DNA from: a virus
Lineage: Duplodnaviria > Caudoviricetes
Length of the DNA stretch: 64,000 nucleotides
Virus record (IMG/VR): IMGVR_UViG_3300037400_002947
Coordinates: 32,001-96,000 of that record
Reading direction: 5' to 3' (one strand)
Below are positions 41,393 to 50,955 of the stretch, piece after piece; position 1 is the stretch's first letter; each line of letters opens with the position of its first letter. The notes below the pieces were generated by a model. It worked only from the letters and a program-made list of their open reading frames with translations, was not told the origin of the DNA and made no database searches. The translations under genes were made by a program, and so were the position numbers.

Positions 41393-41557
41393 AAACTCTC
41401 CTTTCACCCGCAATTCGGGCACTCATAATAGCTGAAAGATTCCATGTGTTCGCCAATATCAAAAAACTCGGTGCATCGGTGCATCACCGCGCCGCAAACA
41501 GGGCAGTAGTGAACGCGGCCTTCTGCATCGGCAATTTCGAAAGGACTCATATCATAT

Positions 41558-42052
41558 TCATTCATCGGTACTTCCTATACCCCCCTTGCGCTTGCCAGTC
41601 GAAGAGTCGTCCTCGACGGTCTCGTACTTCACAATGATGCCCTGGGCAATTCGATTACCAGAATCGAGATACTTCCACTCGTCGTCTCTGTTGTAGACAC
41701 AAAGAATAATGTGTCCCTCGTTGTCAGAGTTATCATAGTAATCAGCATCGATGACTCCGATGGTGTTGGCCAGAGATAACCCGCGCTTGATTCCGATGCT
41801 TGAACGAATATCAAGAAGTAGAACGCAGTCGTTGTCGAGTCTGCACTTTACTCCGGTATAAATTTTCTTTGTGCCGCGCGGCGGAATTGACACGTCATAT
41901 GGTAAATAAAAGTCATATCCGGCAGAGTGTGCCGTTAACCGTTTCGGCAGGATGATGCCGCTCCAGCAGTGACCGACCCAGTCTTCGTCGTTTTCGGACG
42001 GCGCAAGGTCGGCAAGAAATTGGCTTTTTGTTACTCTTTCAAATTTATTCAT
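41558..42052 (-). CDS. dut: Trimeric dUTPase
   Basis: SAGYDF, RSSIG, GVIDADYY, RIAQGI, RKGGIGST. Confidence 0.93.
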   Translation of the reverse strand: MNKFERVTKSQFLADLAPSENDEDWVGHCWSGIILPKRLTAHSAGYDFYLPYDVSIPPRGTKKIYTGVKCRLDNDCVLLLDIRSSIGIKRGLSLANTIGVIDADYYDNSDNEGHIILCVYNRDDEWKYLDSGNRIAQGIIVKYETVEDDSSTGKRKGGIGSTDE

Positions 42053-44474
42053 TGATATCCTCCACTGTTATATTGACATCTATTCGACGCGCCAAATCAT
42101 AGACTACGTCTACGGTTACTCCATTTCCGGCTTGTTTGTAGAGCTGCGAATCGCTGTTGACCAACTCAGCCTTTACAAAATAGTCATCGCTCCAACCCTG
42201 AAGTCTGAAACACTCTTTGGGAGTTAGTTTACGAATGGCAATGTAGCAATCATACTTTGGATACCAAATTGCACTTACAGTCTCACCATTCGGAAGCTCG
42301 ACATCGATTATGTTGTGCTCTCCATCCCCATCAATACCGATTGCAACACCATGCCTGTCTATGCTTGTAAGCGTAAAAGAGCACTCGCCATCCTCTTTGA
42401 ATCTGCGACCATTTTGGCGCTTAACGCTTCGCTCTGGAGTCAGAACAGGAATTACGACACGGTTCATAGTCTGGTGCGTCCTCATTCCTTCTTTGGCAGG
42501 TCCACTTGAAGAAAGACATTGGGCAACGTCCGACTCATCTCCAATTATTCCGTTTGCGAATTTTACGAGGACTGCACTCGCACCGCGATCGCCGTCCATA
42601 GTGAAATTAGTCAGACTGTTTTTCTGGTACTGGTATTTGAGAGTACGACACGTTCCGTCGGGCATTGTATTAAACCCGACAGGAAGAGCGGTGTAGTGTT
42701 CTCGTCCGCCGCCTTGACATGTCGAGAGAGCCTCTGTAATTCCGTCCTGGGCAAATATCTGCGTATTCCTACGGTACGCTTTATGGTGACCAAGTATTTT
42801 TACTGGAACACTATTCGCTTCATTTGCTGAGCAGAGAGGAAATACTTCGCGTCCGCCTCTCGATCTAAGATGTCCGACAAGATATACGCGTTCCCTGTTT
42901 TGGGGGACGAAATATTTCGAGTTGTACATCTGCCATTCGCAGTCGTACCCTAGGTCATCCATTTCAGACAGAATGGCAAGGAAGTCAAATCCGTTATTGC
43001 TGCTAAGCATGCCTTTAACGTTTTCATACACAAGCCATTCGGGGCGATCGTCTTCGCCGATTTCTTTAAGGATGCGAAAGACTTCTCGGACAAGAGAGCT
43101 TCGATTTCCTTCGAGACCTGCTCGCTTTCCGGCGACGCTAAAATCCTGGCAATTGTGCGCTGCAAGTCCGTTTGCCGTGTAGCTGTGGTCATCCTCAACC
43201 TCCATGTTGTAAACAATTTCTTTCTCTTTTGGGTGGTAATCAATTTGTTTTAATGGCATCCAAAGATTTCCATCAACAATATATCCATTATTCTGCTTTT
43301 TAATTTCCTTATGGAATTGCAAACAGTACTGATCTTTCTGATTTACCAGTCGCCCTTCAATAATATGCTGATCTTTTGTTTTATAATGATGAATGGAAAA
43401 CGGAGTGGCGTATGCCTTAAGCACGCATTGTCCCATTTGATAAATTAAGCCTTCGCTAACGCTCTGAGCCTTGAAGTATCCGTCCTTTTCGCATCCATCG
43501 CCACTCATGTATCCATCAATAAACACGGTTAGTTTTTCCGGAGGCAAATCCATAACGAACTGAGGAATGCGTTTATTTTCTGCGCCCCTTCCACATTCCG
43601 AGCAAAGACCAAAGAGCCGTTTATCCGTTGTGGTATATTTCAAACATGTTCCCGCACTGCTGTCGACGGCAAAGCTGTACGTCTCAATGTGCTTATTGAA
43701 TTCTGTACTCTTGTCAGAACCAATACAAAATGCGGTTCTTCGTGCAAGCGTATTCCTGTCTTTGCGCTCATATTCCTGGAGATAACCATCGGCAACAAAT
43801 CTTCCAAGAAACCAACACTCTTCGTCGGTAAGATTCATTGCATTACAAGAATTCTCGTTATGCGGGAACATGATATATTCGTCTCCAGAGAAATCTTCGA
43901 CTGCCTTCCATTCTGGGGATGTCCATATAACGTCGTAATTTCTTGTAGCACTATTAAACTTCCTTTTCTTATAGCGCACGTAAAACCTATGGTTTCCGGT
44001 TACTTTTGTGCTCGGAGAACCTTGAACCTTAATCGTGTACAGGTTGCCTTTGTAGTTGATCATCTTCTCGGTGACCCGCTTAAACCTATTTGTATGAGTA
44101 AGAACAAAATCACCAACACAAATATCTTCAATGGGTACAAGACCGCGGTGTGTAGAAACTAAAGTGCCAGCAACAAAGCAAGGCGCTCCGAAGCACCAGC
44201 AGTCCGCTTTCGGGATAGTGTCTCCGGTAATGCTCCGGACGTCGTCGCAGTACCATTCTCCGTTTCGGTATTTCTCATTCAGTATCTCCTTGACTCTTTT
44301 ATTTTTAGGAAGCGACGCAATATATGAGAGCTGATCATCAGAACATAGGTGCATCGCCGTATATGACGCCGTCGCATATTTGTCAAACTCGCAGAAGCCG
44401 ACGCACTCGTGTCCGGCCATCTCCATGCCGCGCCTAAAGCCGCCAATTCCGGCAAATAGGTCTATAAATTTCAT
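42045..44474 (-). CDS. DNA cytosine-5 methyltransferase containing an intein (466-aa extein)
   Basis: DLFAGIGG, GAP|CQDFS.AG, YENVKG, QNRERVY, RKLTP.EC.RLQG, YKQAGNGV. Confidence 0.92.
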   Translation of the reverse strand: MKFIDLFAGIGGFRRGMEMAGHECVGFCEFDKYATASYTAMHLCSDDQLSYIASLPKNKRVKEILNEKYRNGEWYCDDVRSITGDTIPKADCWCFGAPCFVAGTLVSTHRGLVPIEDICVGDFVLTHTNRFKRVTEKMINYKGNLYTIKVQGSPSTKVTGNHRFYVRYKKRKFNSATRNYDVIWTSPEWKAVEDFSGDEYIMFPHNENSCNAMNLTDEECWFLGRFVADGYLQEYERKDRNTLARRTAFCIGSDKSTEFNKHIETYSFAVDSSAGTCLKYTTTDKRLFGLCSECGRGAENKRIPQFVMDLPPEKLTVFIDGYMSGDGCEKDGYFKAQSVSEGLIYQMGQCVLKAYATPFSIHHYKTKDQHIIEGRLVNQKDQYCLQFHKEIKKQNNGYIVDGNLWMPLKQIDYHPKEKEIVYNMEVEDDHSYTANGLAAHNCQDFSVAGKRAGLEGNRSSLVREVFRILKEIGEDDRPEWLVYENVKGMLSSNNGFDFLAILSEMDDLGYDCEWQMYNSKYFVPQNRERVYLVGHLRSRGGREVFPLCSANEANSVPVKILGHHKAYRRNTQIFAQDGITEALSTCQGGGREHYTALPVGFNTMPDGTCRTLKYQYQKNSLTNFTMDGDRGASAVLVKFANGIIGDESDVAQCLSSSGPAKEGMRTHQTMNRVVIPVLTPERSVKRQNGRRFKEDGECSFTLTSIDRHGVAIGIDGDGEHNIIDVELPNGETVSAIWYPKYDCYIAIRKLTPKECFRLQGWSDDYFVKAELVNSDSQLYKQAGNGVTVDVVYDLARRIDVNITVEDINE
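43152..44180 (-). mobile_element. Intein (343 aa) with LAGLIDADG endonuclease
   Basis: CFVAGT N-terminus, VTGNH block B, LGRFVADG and FIDGYMSGDG, VYNMEVEDDHSY..NG..AHN|C C-terminus. Confidence 0.93.
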
Positions 44475-44713
44475 TCGTTCTCCATACTCTCCTGATTAAA
44501 TCCGTAGCGCTTTTCAAGCTTCAGCCGCTCGTACGCATCGATCAGCTTGGTCGCCTGCTCCGCGCGCATCGTCGCCTCGCAGTACTGACAGCGCATGCAT
44601 TTCGAAAAATCCTTCTCCTTACATCTTAAGAACCAGATCGCAGCGGTCGGGTCGTAGCATCTGTAGTTGATGGTAAACCCAGATCTGGTGATAGTTCCTC
44701 CGCCCCGGCTCAT
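44471..44713 (-). CDS. Cys-rich hypothetical protein
   Basis: Coupled ORF, C..C..C..C. Confidence 0.5.
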   Translation of the reverse strand: MSRGGGTITRSGFTINYRCYDPTAAIWFLRCKEKDFSKCMRCQYCEATMRAEQATKLIDAYERLKLEKRYGFNQESMENE

Positions 44714-45186
44714 CGGCCGTTCCTCCTAACTATGTATACTCGCTGAGGAACCCGCTCGGCAAACGCCAGAATGAGCGGCTCGACGGCACTCCAGTCGCCC
44801 CCGGCCAGTCCGCACCCCATTCCGTACGGGAATGCGACGACCTTCGAATGCTCAAGATTCTCGACGCAGAATTCGGCGAAAGCGTCGAGACACTTTTGAA
44901 GCTGTCGATAATTCGTATGGATTGCACCGCGACCAAAGCCGTACTGGGCGTACATGTTCACACACGTTCTGCCGTCACCTGTCTTGATGCAGCGGATCGT
45001 GCCGTACAGCTCGTCGGCTCCAAGAAGGCGGTACAGCCTGCGGTCGGTGTTCGCAACCTCCGGATATTTCTTTGCAATCTGTTTCGCCAGTCCGGCGCCC
45101 ATCGTGCCGAAGCAGTTGGTCTGATGACAGAAGACGTCGAACCGGTTGTCTTTAACCAAATCGCCGTAAATATATTCAGCCTTCAC
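44710..45186 (-). CDS. Macro domain protein (ADP-ribose hydrolase-like)
   Basis: GDL, HQTNC.G.MGAGLA and FPYGMGCGLAGGDW motifs. Confidence 0.88.
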   Translation of the reverse strand: MKAEYIYGDLVKDNRFDVFCHQTNCFGTMGAGLAKQIAKKYPEVANTDRRLYRLLGADELYGTIRCIKTGDGRTCVNMYAQYGFGRGAIHTNYRQLQKCLDAFAEFCVENLEHSKVVAFPYGMGCGLAGGDWSAVEPLILAFAERVPQRVYIVRRNGR

Positions 45187-45443
45187 CGCTTAACTCCTTT
45201 CATCCGCTCGCGAAGCTTCTCGCGCTGCTCGTCCGAAATCTTCCGCGGCGCTGAAATCTTTATATATGAGAGAGGGATGGTTGCAAAGACCGAGCCGTCC
45301 TCGTTATTAGTTAAGGTAACTTCTGCCGGATTTGCTTTGGCTAGCCTTCGCAGCCTGTTGATCCATTTCGTCTGCGAGACGGTTGCTGCGGCGCTGTCAG
45401 ATCCGGTAATCCACTCAATTGCGTTTTCCTGACTTCGCTCCAT
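45183..45443 (-). CDS. Conserved phage hypothetical protein
   Basis: ENAIEW..N.DGS....P..YIKI..PR pattern; first gene of the left arm. Confidence 0.7.
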   Translation of the reverse strand: MERSQENAIEWITGSDSAAATVSQTKWINRLRRLAKANPAEVTLTNNEDGSVFATIPLSYIKISAPRKISDEQREKLRERMKGVKR

Positions 45444-45465
45444 ACAAATTCTCCTTTCTGAAACC

Positions 45466-45493
45466 AGTATACCAATAACAGTTATATTGTCAA
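45466..45493 (-). promoter_or_regulatory. Host sigma-A type promoter for the left arm
   Basis: TTGACA-16 nt-TATACT with TG extension, just upstream of the AGGAG RBS. Confidence 0.75.
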
Positions 45494-45529
45494 GCGGCGG
45501 AGAAGCCGGGATGGGGGAGAGGAGAATCT

Positions 45530-45870
45530 ACTATTATATTATATAAATAATATATAGTAGTAATATTATATATAATAATATATTGAAGCCAGATAATTAT
45601 TAATAGAAGCCTATTAATATATTGAAGCTATATATTATATATAATAAATAGAAGCCAAATAGAAATTATATATGGAAGCCATATTGTAATATGTATTAAT
45701 ACAATATTGCAGTATGGCTTTAATACTATTTTTATATATTGTATTAATACTATTATTCAGTATTGTTTTAATACAATACCGTTATATGTATTTATATCTA
45801 TTAGAAAAGTATTTTATATTCAACATATTGTAGTTATATCTATATTGCTTACTACCATATAAAATACTTT
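45530..45870. repeat. Very AT-rich tract with five GAAGC(C/T) iterations (putative origin or terminus region)
   Basis: GAAGCC/T at ~45585, 45606, 45624, 45651 and 45675 in near-pure A/T sequence, at the strand switch. Confidence 0.5.
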
Positions 45871-46609
45871 TCGTTTTGCCGATCTGATTTATCCCTCTGG
45901 CATTCAAATTTAATGATCAACTGTACTGAGTGTGATAGTACAGTATGACACGCGAAAATCAGGAATGATTACTGAGTTGTAATAATTATTGCAGTGTCGA
46001 TGTGCCGGGGGAAGGAAGAATTTGAAGTCAGTGTGGGTGTGGAACACCCGTATGGTGGGGCAGAAAAAATGCCGACTTTTTAGGTTTAAAATACCCCCAA
46101 ACTTTAGCACTTTAAAGTGCGCTTAAAGCCGCATAGATACTGGCAAAAATGAACATTTTTGACATTATTTCCAGCATATGTTTTTATATAATTGTCCAAA
46201 GGGACAGGCGAACAGGAAACGGTCAGACCGCCCTGCTCGGAATATATCGAAGCGGAAACAGTCCGACTGCCCGTTTCACCTCTACCCGTCAACCAGTCAC
46301 CGTAGCACGCTACGAGTATGTCCTTTGACAGTCGAATAAAAGGTGGCACACGACCGGAAAAGTGCGCTCATTTTGCGGGATTTTTACGCAATGAGTCTGT
46401 GTAAACCTATGGCGGAAGTTCAGGAGAGTTCAGGGTAACCATAGTCTGTGAAGGGTGAAGTATGCGATGACCGCAGAATAATGACGGTGCAATTCCGTCC
46501 ACGAGCCGATAGATGCTAATGCTACCATTATGACGGTGACAAGTCCGTGTAAAAGCAGAGTCAGCACAAAAATCATGTATCGCCCAAAATGGGCAGAAAG
46601 GGGGACATT

Positions 46610-47230
46610 ATGTCCAAAAACGCTAACATGAAATCCGCAGACCGTACCATGAACGAGAGAGTCAGCGAGTACGCTACCGTACGACTCAGCGACATCACGG
46701 ACAAAACGCGCCACAAGGCCGCCGTCGAAGCAATCGAGAACTCTATCAGAGGTCTCGAAAACTGCAAGGGTTCTGTGCTGTCGTCTGACGACATCGACCT
46801 TGCCATTGCTGCGAAACGTGACGAACTTGTCAAACTTGAAGAGGACTACAAGGAAGCGCTCAAAAAGCGTGAGCGCTTTGTCTACACCAAGGAAGACATC
46901 GAACTGTACAATGCGTACAAGAACAATGAGAATCTGGAGACCGCCCTGTATAATTGGGCAATGGCATGGAATCTCGATTTGTCTGGCACGAAACAGTTGA
47001 GCCAAATGGCAGTAGATGTCTCTGGCAAACAGGGCAAGGCGTCTGCCCGTACCATGATTAACACCGGATTCGGCACAATGACCAGAGACCGCAGTAAGCA
47101 GAACTTCTTAGACCTCGTATACGGTCTCATGACCGAGGCGTGCGTCAAGCAGGGTCTCAAAATGGACATTCCGGACGACATTCGTGTAGCTTATGCGCCG
47201 AAAAGGGCACAGAAAAAGGCTGACAAATAA
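46610..47230 (+). CDS. Hypothetical protein, first gene of the right arm
   Basis: GGGGA RBS, ATG 46610; downstream hairpin ~47265-47293. Confidence 0.7.
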   Translation: MSKNANMKSADRTMNERVSEYATVRLSDITDKTRHKAAVEAIENSIRGLENCKGSVLSSDDIDLAIAAKRDELVKLEEDYKEALKKRERFVYTKEDIELYNAYKNNENLETALYNWAMAWNLDLSGTKQLSQMAVDVSGKQGKASARTMINTGFGTMTRDRSKQNFLDLVYGLMTEACVKQGLKMDIPDDIRVAYAPKRAQKKADK

Positions 47231-47335
47231 TATCAGCCTTTCCGCATAGCATAGCGCATAGATTGGGGCGACAAGTGGCAGCTTGTCGCTCTTATTGTAT
47301 GCACTATCATTATATCACTACGAAAGGAGTATGCA

Positions 47336-47740
47336 ATGAGTAGAGGATGGTGTGCGGAAAAAATCCGCAAAGTCAAGATGTACGATGCGCAAATTGCCCG
47401 TCGTCAGGCAGATTCTGAGGTGTGGTGGGATCACGTCGAGGGTCGCAAAATCTTTCCGATGACCGCATCGTCGGAAGAGGAGTACGATGCGTTTCAAGAG
47501 GCACATCCGTTCACATCGCACGACAAGTGGGCCGTAACCGTAATGACTAAAGCCGGTGTGCATGTCAATATTGCGCCAAAACAGCGCAAGAAGCACGTTG
47601 GCTTGAGGTTTCCCGTATACTTCGACAACGGCTGCAGAGTGCTCTTTGACAACGTCGACGCCGCTCTTGAACGGCTGTGCTGCGACGAGCACGCCGTCAA
47701 AATGTGGGACGGCACAACCAAGACATATCTGACGAAATAA
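47336..47740 (+). CDS. Hypothetical protein
   Basis: AAAGGAG RBS. Confidence 0.65.
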   Translation: MSRGWCAEKIRKVKMYDAQIARRQADSEVWWDHVEGRKIFPMTASSEEEYDAFQEAHPFTSHDKWAVTVMTKAGVHVNIAPKQRKKHVGLRFPVYFDNGCRVLFDNVDAALERLCCDEHAVKMWDGTTKTYLTK

Positions 47741-47768
47741 GCACAGATTCGAGAGGGGGAGTATAACT

Positions 47769-47936
47769 ATGAAGCGCTTCATCTTAAAGACGCTGAACTG
47801 GACCGCTGGCATAACGCTTGCGATTTGCGCATGTAGCATGGACTCTGAGGATTTGCGTCCGTTTGCAATTGCCGCCGTAATTTCGGTCGCATGGCTTGCG
47901 CTGTCGTACTACGCCAACTACGGTCGCAGAGAATGA
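47769..47936 (+). CDS. Small two-TM membrane protein (55 aa), not in ORF track
   Basis: GGGGGAG RBS; MKRFILKTLNWTAGITLAICACSMDS..FAIAAVISVAWLALSYYAN. Confidence 0.6.
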   Translation: MKRFILKTLNWTAGITLAICACSMDSEDLRPFAIAAVISVAWLALSYYANYGRRE

Positions 47937-47959
47937 CAATATAACATACGAGGTGCGAT

Positions 47960-48190
47960 ATGACTGCGACTATTCTTGCTGTGGCTATGTTTATGCTGTT
48001 TGCAAAGCCTGCATCCGTTGTCGAGGTGAACGCTCTCACAGATACTGTTGTTTATGAGGATTCGTGCGGACATATGTTCGCAACCACATATAACGGCACG
48101 TCTGTGGGCGATGACGCTGTACTTCTTATGAACGGGAACTGCACAGTATCACCAAACGACGACATCATTCTAGGTATTAAAGTTAGGTAA
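47960..48190 (+). CDS. Hypothetical protein with hydrophobic N-terminus
   Basis: GAGGTG RBS. Confidence 0.6.
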   Translation: MTATILAVAMFMLFAKPASVVEVNALTDTVVYEDSCGHMFATTYNGTSVGDDAVLLMNGNCTVSPNDDIILGIKVR

Positions 48191-48196
48191 GCAAAA

Positions 48197-48415
48197 ATGA
48201 ACGATGAGCATATTCTGATTCGTCCGTGCGTAAACGGACTACAAATCTACCATGAGCGAAACCGCGAATGGTATCTCATCCAGAAGGGAAACCTTCTCCC
48301 GTATATTGAGCACGAAGAGTTCGACCCGTTCTGGCATGTCTACGTGAAGGTAAGGGAGTATCTCCGCGAAAATCAGATCAACGCATATGACAAAGCGGTA
48401 AAAATCTTTAAATAG
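48197..48415 (+). CDS. Hypothetical protein
   Basis: Packed ORF; ends in TAG. Confidence 0.55.
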   Translation: MNDEHILIRPCVNGLQIYHERNREWYLIQKGNLLPYIEHEEFDPFWHVYVKVREYLRENQINAYDKAVKIFK

Positions 48416-48418
48416 TGC

Positions 48419-48447
48419 TTTACAATATAACTGCAAACATCTACAAT
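48419..48447 (+). promoter_or_regulatory. Sigma-A type promoter
   Basis: TTTACA-17 nt-TACAAT upstream of an AAAGGA RBS and a 54-aa ORF (48468-48632). Confidence 0.6.
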
Positions 48448-48886
48448 AAGAAAGGAAACGAAAACCATGATTCGAATCGAAATCACGCCTTGCGACGTCG
48501 GCGAATACAAGTTCCGCGCCGCCAAGGCAAAGCTGTTTCACAACGGAAACTGGTATCACGTCGGTTTCCCGAAGTTCTTCGCAACGCTTGCGGAAGCTCT
48601 GGCGTACTCTCGAAGTGCGTCCAAGGCATGACAATATAACGGATTCTTGCCAGACCACGCTCATAAGCGAAACGGTTTGTGGGTGTGAGTGTAGCAATAA
48701 TTGCTTCTAAGCGAAAGGAGACCACTATGAGCGAAATGATCAAAATGTATAACTATGTCTGCGAAATGCGCGACGAGAACGCCGCACAGGCAACGGAACA
48801 GCAGAAGGCTGCATACTACATGTATGCGCTCCTTGCGAGAGCATACGCAAGGGAAATCGAGGCGATGGCGTAAGCGAAGGGAGCTG

Positions 48887-49369
48887 ATGCAAATGAAAAT
48901 AAACATGTACCGCTCATGCCTTGAGCGGAACGGCTATGTCTCTGTCGTAGCCGAAAAGGGAAAGCAGTACGTTTGCGACGGGCGGAAGCAGTTCAGCAAC
49001 CCGGAGATCATAGCAAACTTCTGCCGAACGCAACTGAAAATTGACGAGTGCGCCGAGGAGCACGTTTTCGTGTTCGCGCTCAACAACCGAAACCATCTGA
49101 TGGGTGTGTTCGAAGCGTCGATAGGAACCGCGGACGGAAGCATAGTCCCCGTAAGGGAGATCCTGCGCAACCTGCTTGCGCTCAACGCTGTGCGGTTTGC
49201 CTTGGTTCACAATCATCCTACAGGATATCCGTTTCCGTCTGGCGATGACGTCGCTGTAACGGAACGGCTGAAGCGGGCAGGAGAGGATGTCGGTGTCGGA
49301 ATCCTCGACCACGTAATTATAGGAAATTACGGAAACTATTACAGTTTCCAGGAAGAAGGGGTGATGTAA
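48887..49369 (+). CDS. JAB/RadC-family domain protein
   Basis: EEHV, HNHPTG.P.PS.DD and LDHVIIG motifs. Confidence 0.88.
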   Translation: MQMKINMYRSCLERNGYVSVVAEKGKQYVCDGRKQFSNPEIIANFCRTQLKIDECAEEHVFVFALNNRNHLMGVFEASIGTADGSIVPVREILRNLLALNAVRFALVHNHPTGYPFPSGDDVAVTERLKRAGEDVGVGILDHVIIGNYGNYYSFQEEGVM

Positions 49370-49597
49370 ATGACCGACGAAAGGGCGGTGCGCTACGCAG
49401 AACAGCACGGCATCATCGAGTACCATCTGGAAGAAGGGAAGATGATTTTCTACACTTCCTTCCCGATGGAGCACATGACATACAAGGCAACGGTTGATTT
49501 AAATCAACTGACGGAAACAAGAGAACCGCTTGACAGATACTACGTCGCATACGTAGACCTCGTCGAAGGCAAATATGCAGCCAACTATATGGCGTAA
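49370..49597 (+). CDS. Hypothetical protein
   Basis: Coupled ORF. Confidence 0.6.
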   Translation: MTDERAVRYAEQHGIIEYHLEEGKMIFYTSFPMEHMTYKATVDLNQLTETREPLDRYYVAYVDLVEGKYAANYMA

Positions 49598-49623
49598 TCA
49601 CAGGATAAAAAGGAAACGATACT

Positions 49624-50913
49624 ATGACAAATGAACTTCTGAAACAGCTTGCGCTTGAAGCGCGCGAACTCACCGGAGAGGCAACAAAGACGGCCGCAAC
49701 GCCAAAGGCAAAGCCGAGCGTCGAATTCACAATCACGCTCGCCGAGTATCCTGACCTCATCGTCACTCGCAAACAGCCGAAGGTAACGAAGCACCTCGTA
49801 ATCCTGTTCACTGCCGGAACTGCGTTCATCAAAACGGAAAGCACAGGTAAATCTGTCCTACTTACGCCACAGAACTATGCGGCCTTTGTATCTGGCATGG
49901 ATGATCTCGCCCTTCCGGACGGTTACTGGACGGCGAGATTGAAGAAGGGAAAGGCTTTCGGCGAACTCCTGTGCGACGCAATAGGCGACAAAGTGGTCTG
50001 CGAAGCGGCAAAGCGTGGTTACCTGAATGAGTTCGGCTGCATCGACACGTACGTTGGGGGAAATCTATATAGTGTGTTTAAGCATATCCCGAAACTCCTT
50101 GAGGAGTTCCATGACAAACCGAAATGCATGGCACTTATGAAGAATAACTGGATTTTCTGCGCCGACATTGTTCACCGCTTCGGCATTCAGAACGCAAGGG
50201 ACTTCATGAACAGCTTCGAGGAATCGCTTCTTGTGCCACCCGAAAATCGTTGGAACGCATTGGAGCGCGACGCAATAAACTTCGGCGAAAACGCCGTGAT
50301 TGCCTACAACGGAAACAAGAACAGAGACAGCTGGAGAGAGCAGTACTCTGCGATTCCGGCATACAAGATGACGTACGACTCTTTTAAGAACTACGTACTT
50401 TATTCCTCTGTGCGATTTGGCTACGGAGACAGCATGAAGAGCTTCTTCCGTGAGTGGGAAGATACCCTGTATATGCAGAATCAGATTTACGGCAAGGTAA
50501 AGGAAAAGTATCCGGATAACCTGCCGACATACCACAATCAGCTTGCGTATAAGGCACGGCTGATGCGTGAAGAGATTGACGAACGCAACTTTGCGAAGCA
50601 GGTCGAGGTCGCAAAGGCATACGAGGGAAGCGTCGGCGACTACGTATTCCTTGCGCCGAAACAGAAGCAGGATTTCTACGACGAAGCGACCGCTCAGGCG
50701 AACTGCCTTGCAAGCTACATCAGGTCCTTCACGGACGGCAGATGTATCATCCTGTTCATGCGCAGAACAAGTGAACCGGAACGCTCATACATCACCATCG
50801 AGGTTTCGAACGGAATCGTCCGGCAGGCGAAGCTCGCCTTTAACAAGAATCCGGATCGGGCCACAAGAGAACTCATTGACGCTTATGTTGCGATGAAAGC
50901 CGCAGAAGCATAA
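49624..50913 (+). CDS. PcfJ-like domain protein
   Basis: C-terminal YP..L...H, EA..Q.NCLASY, I.FMR...P...YITIEV, Q....N pattern. Confidence 0.7.
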   Translation: MTNELLKQLALEARELTGEATKTAATPKAKPSVEFTITLAEYPDLIVTRKQPKVTKHLVILFTAGTAFIKTESTGKSVLLTPQNYAAFVSGMDDLALPDGYWTARLKKGKAFGELLCDAIGDKVVCEAAKRGYLNEFGCIDTYVGGNLYSVFKHIPKLLEEFHDKPKCMALMKNNWIFCADIVHRFGIQNARDFMNSFEESLLVPPENRWNALERDAINFGENAVIAYNGNKNRDSWREQYSAIPAYKMTYDSFKNYVLYSSVRFGYGDSMKSFFREWEDTLYMQNQIYGKVKEKYPDNLPTYHNQLAYKARLMREEIDERNFAKQVEVAKAYEGSVGDYVFLAPKQKQDFYDEATAQANCLASYIRSFTDGRCIILFMRRTSEPERSYITIEVSNGIVRQAKLAFNKNPDRATRELIDAYVAMKAAEA

Positions 50914-50955
50914 GCAGAGCATAACAATATAACATATAAAGAAAGGAAAACAACC

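Noticed and set aside
45530-45870. CRISPR array
   Set aside because: Repeats are only 5-6 bp with irregular A/T spacers; no cas genes
46159-46192. Rightward sigma-A promoter TTGACA...TATAAT
   Set aside because: Spacing is 22 nt, too long to call with confidence
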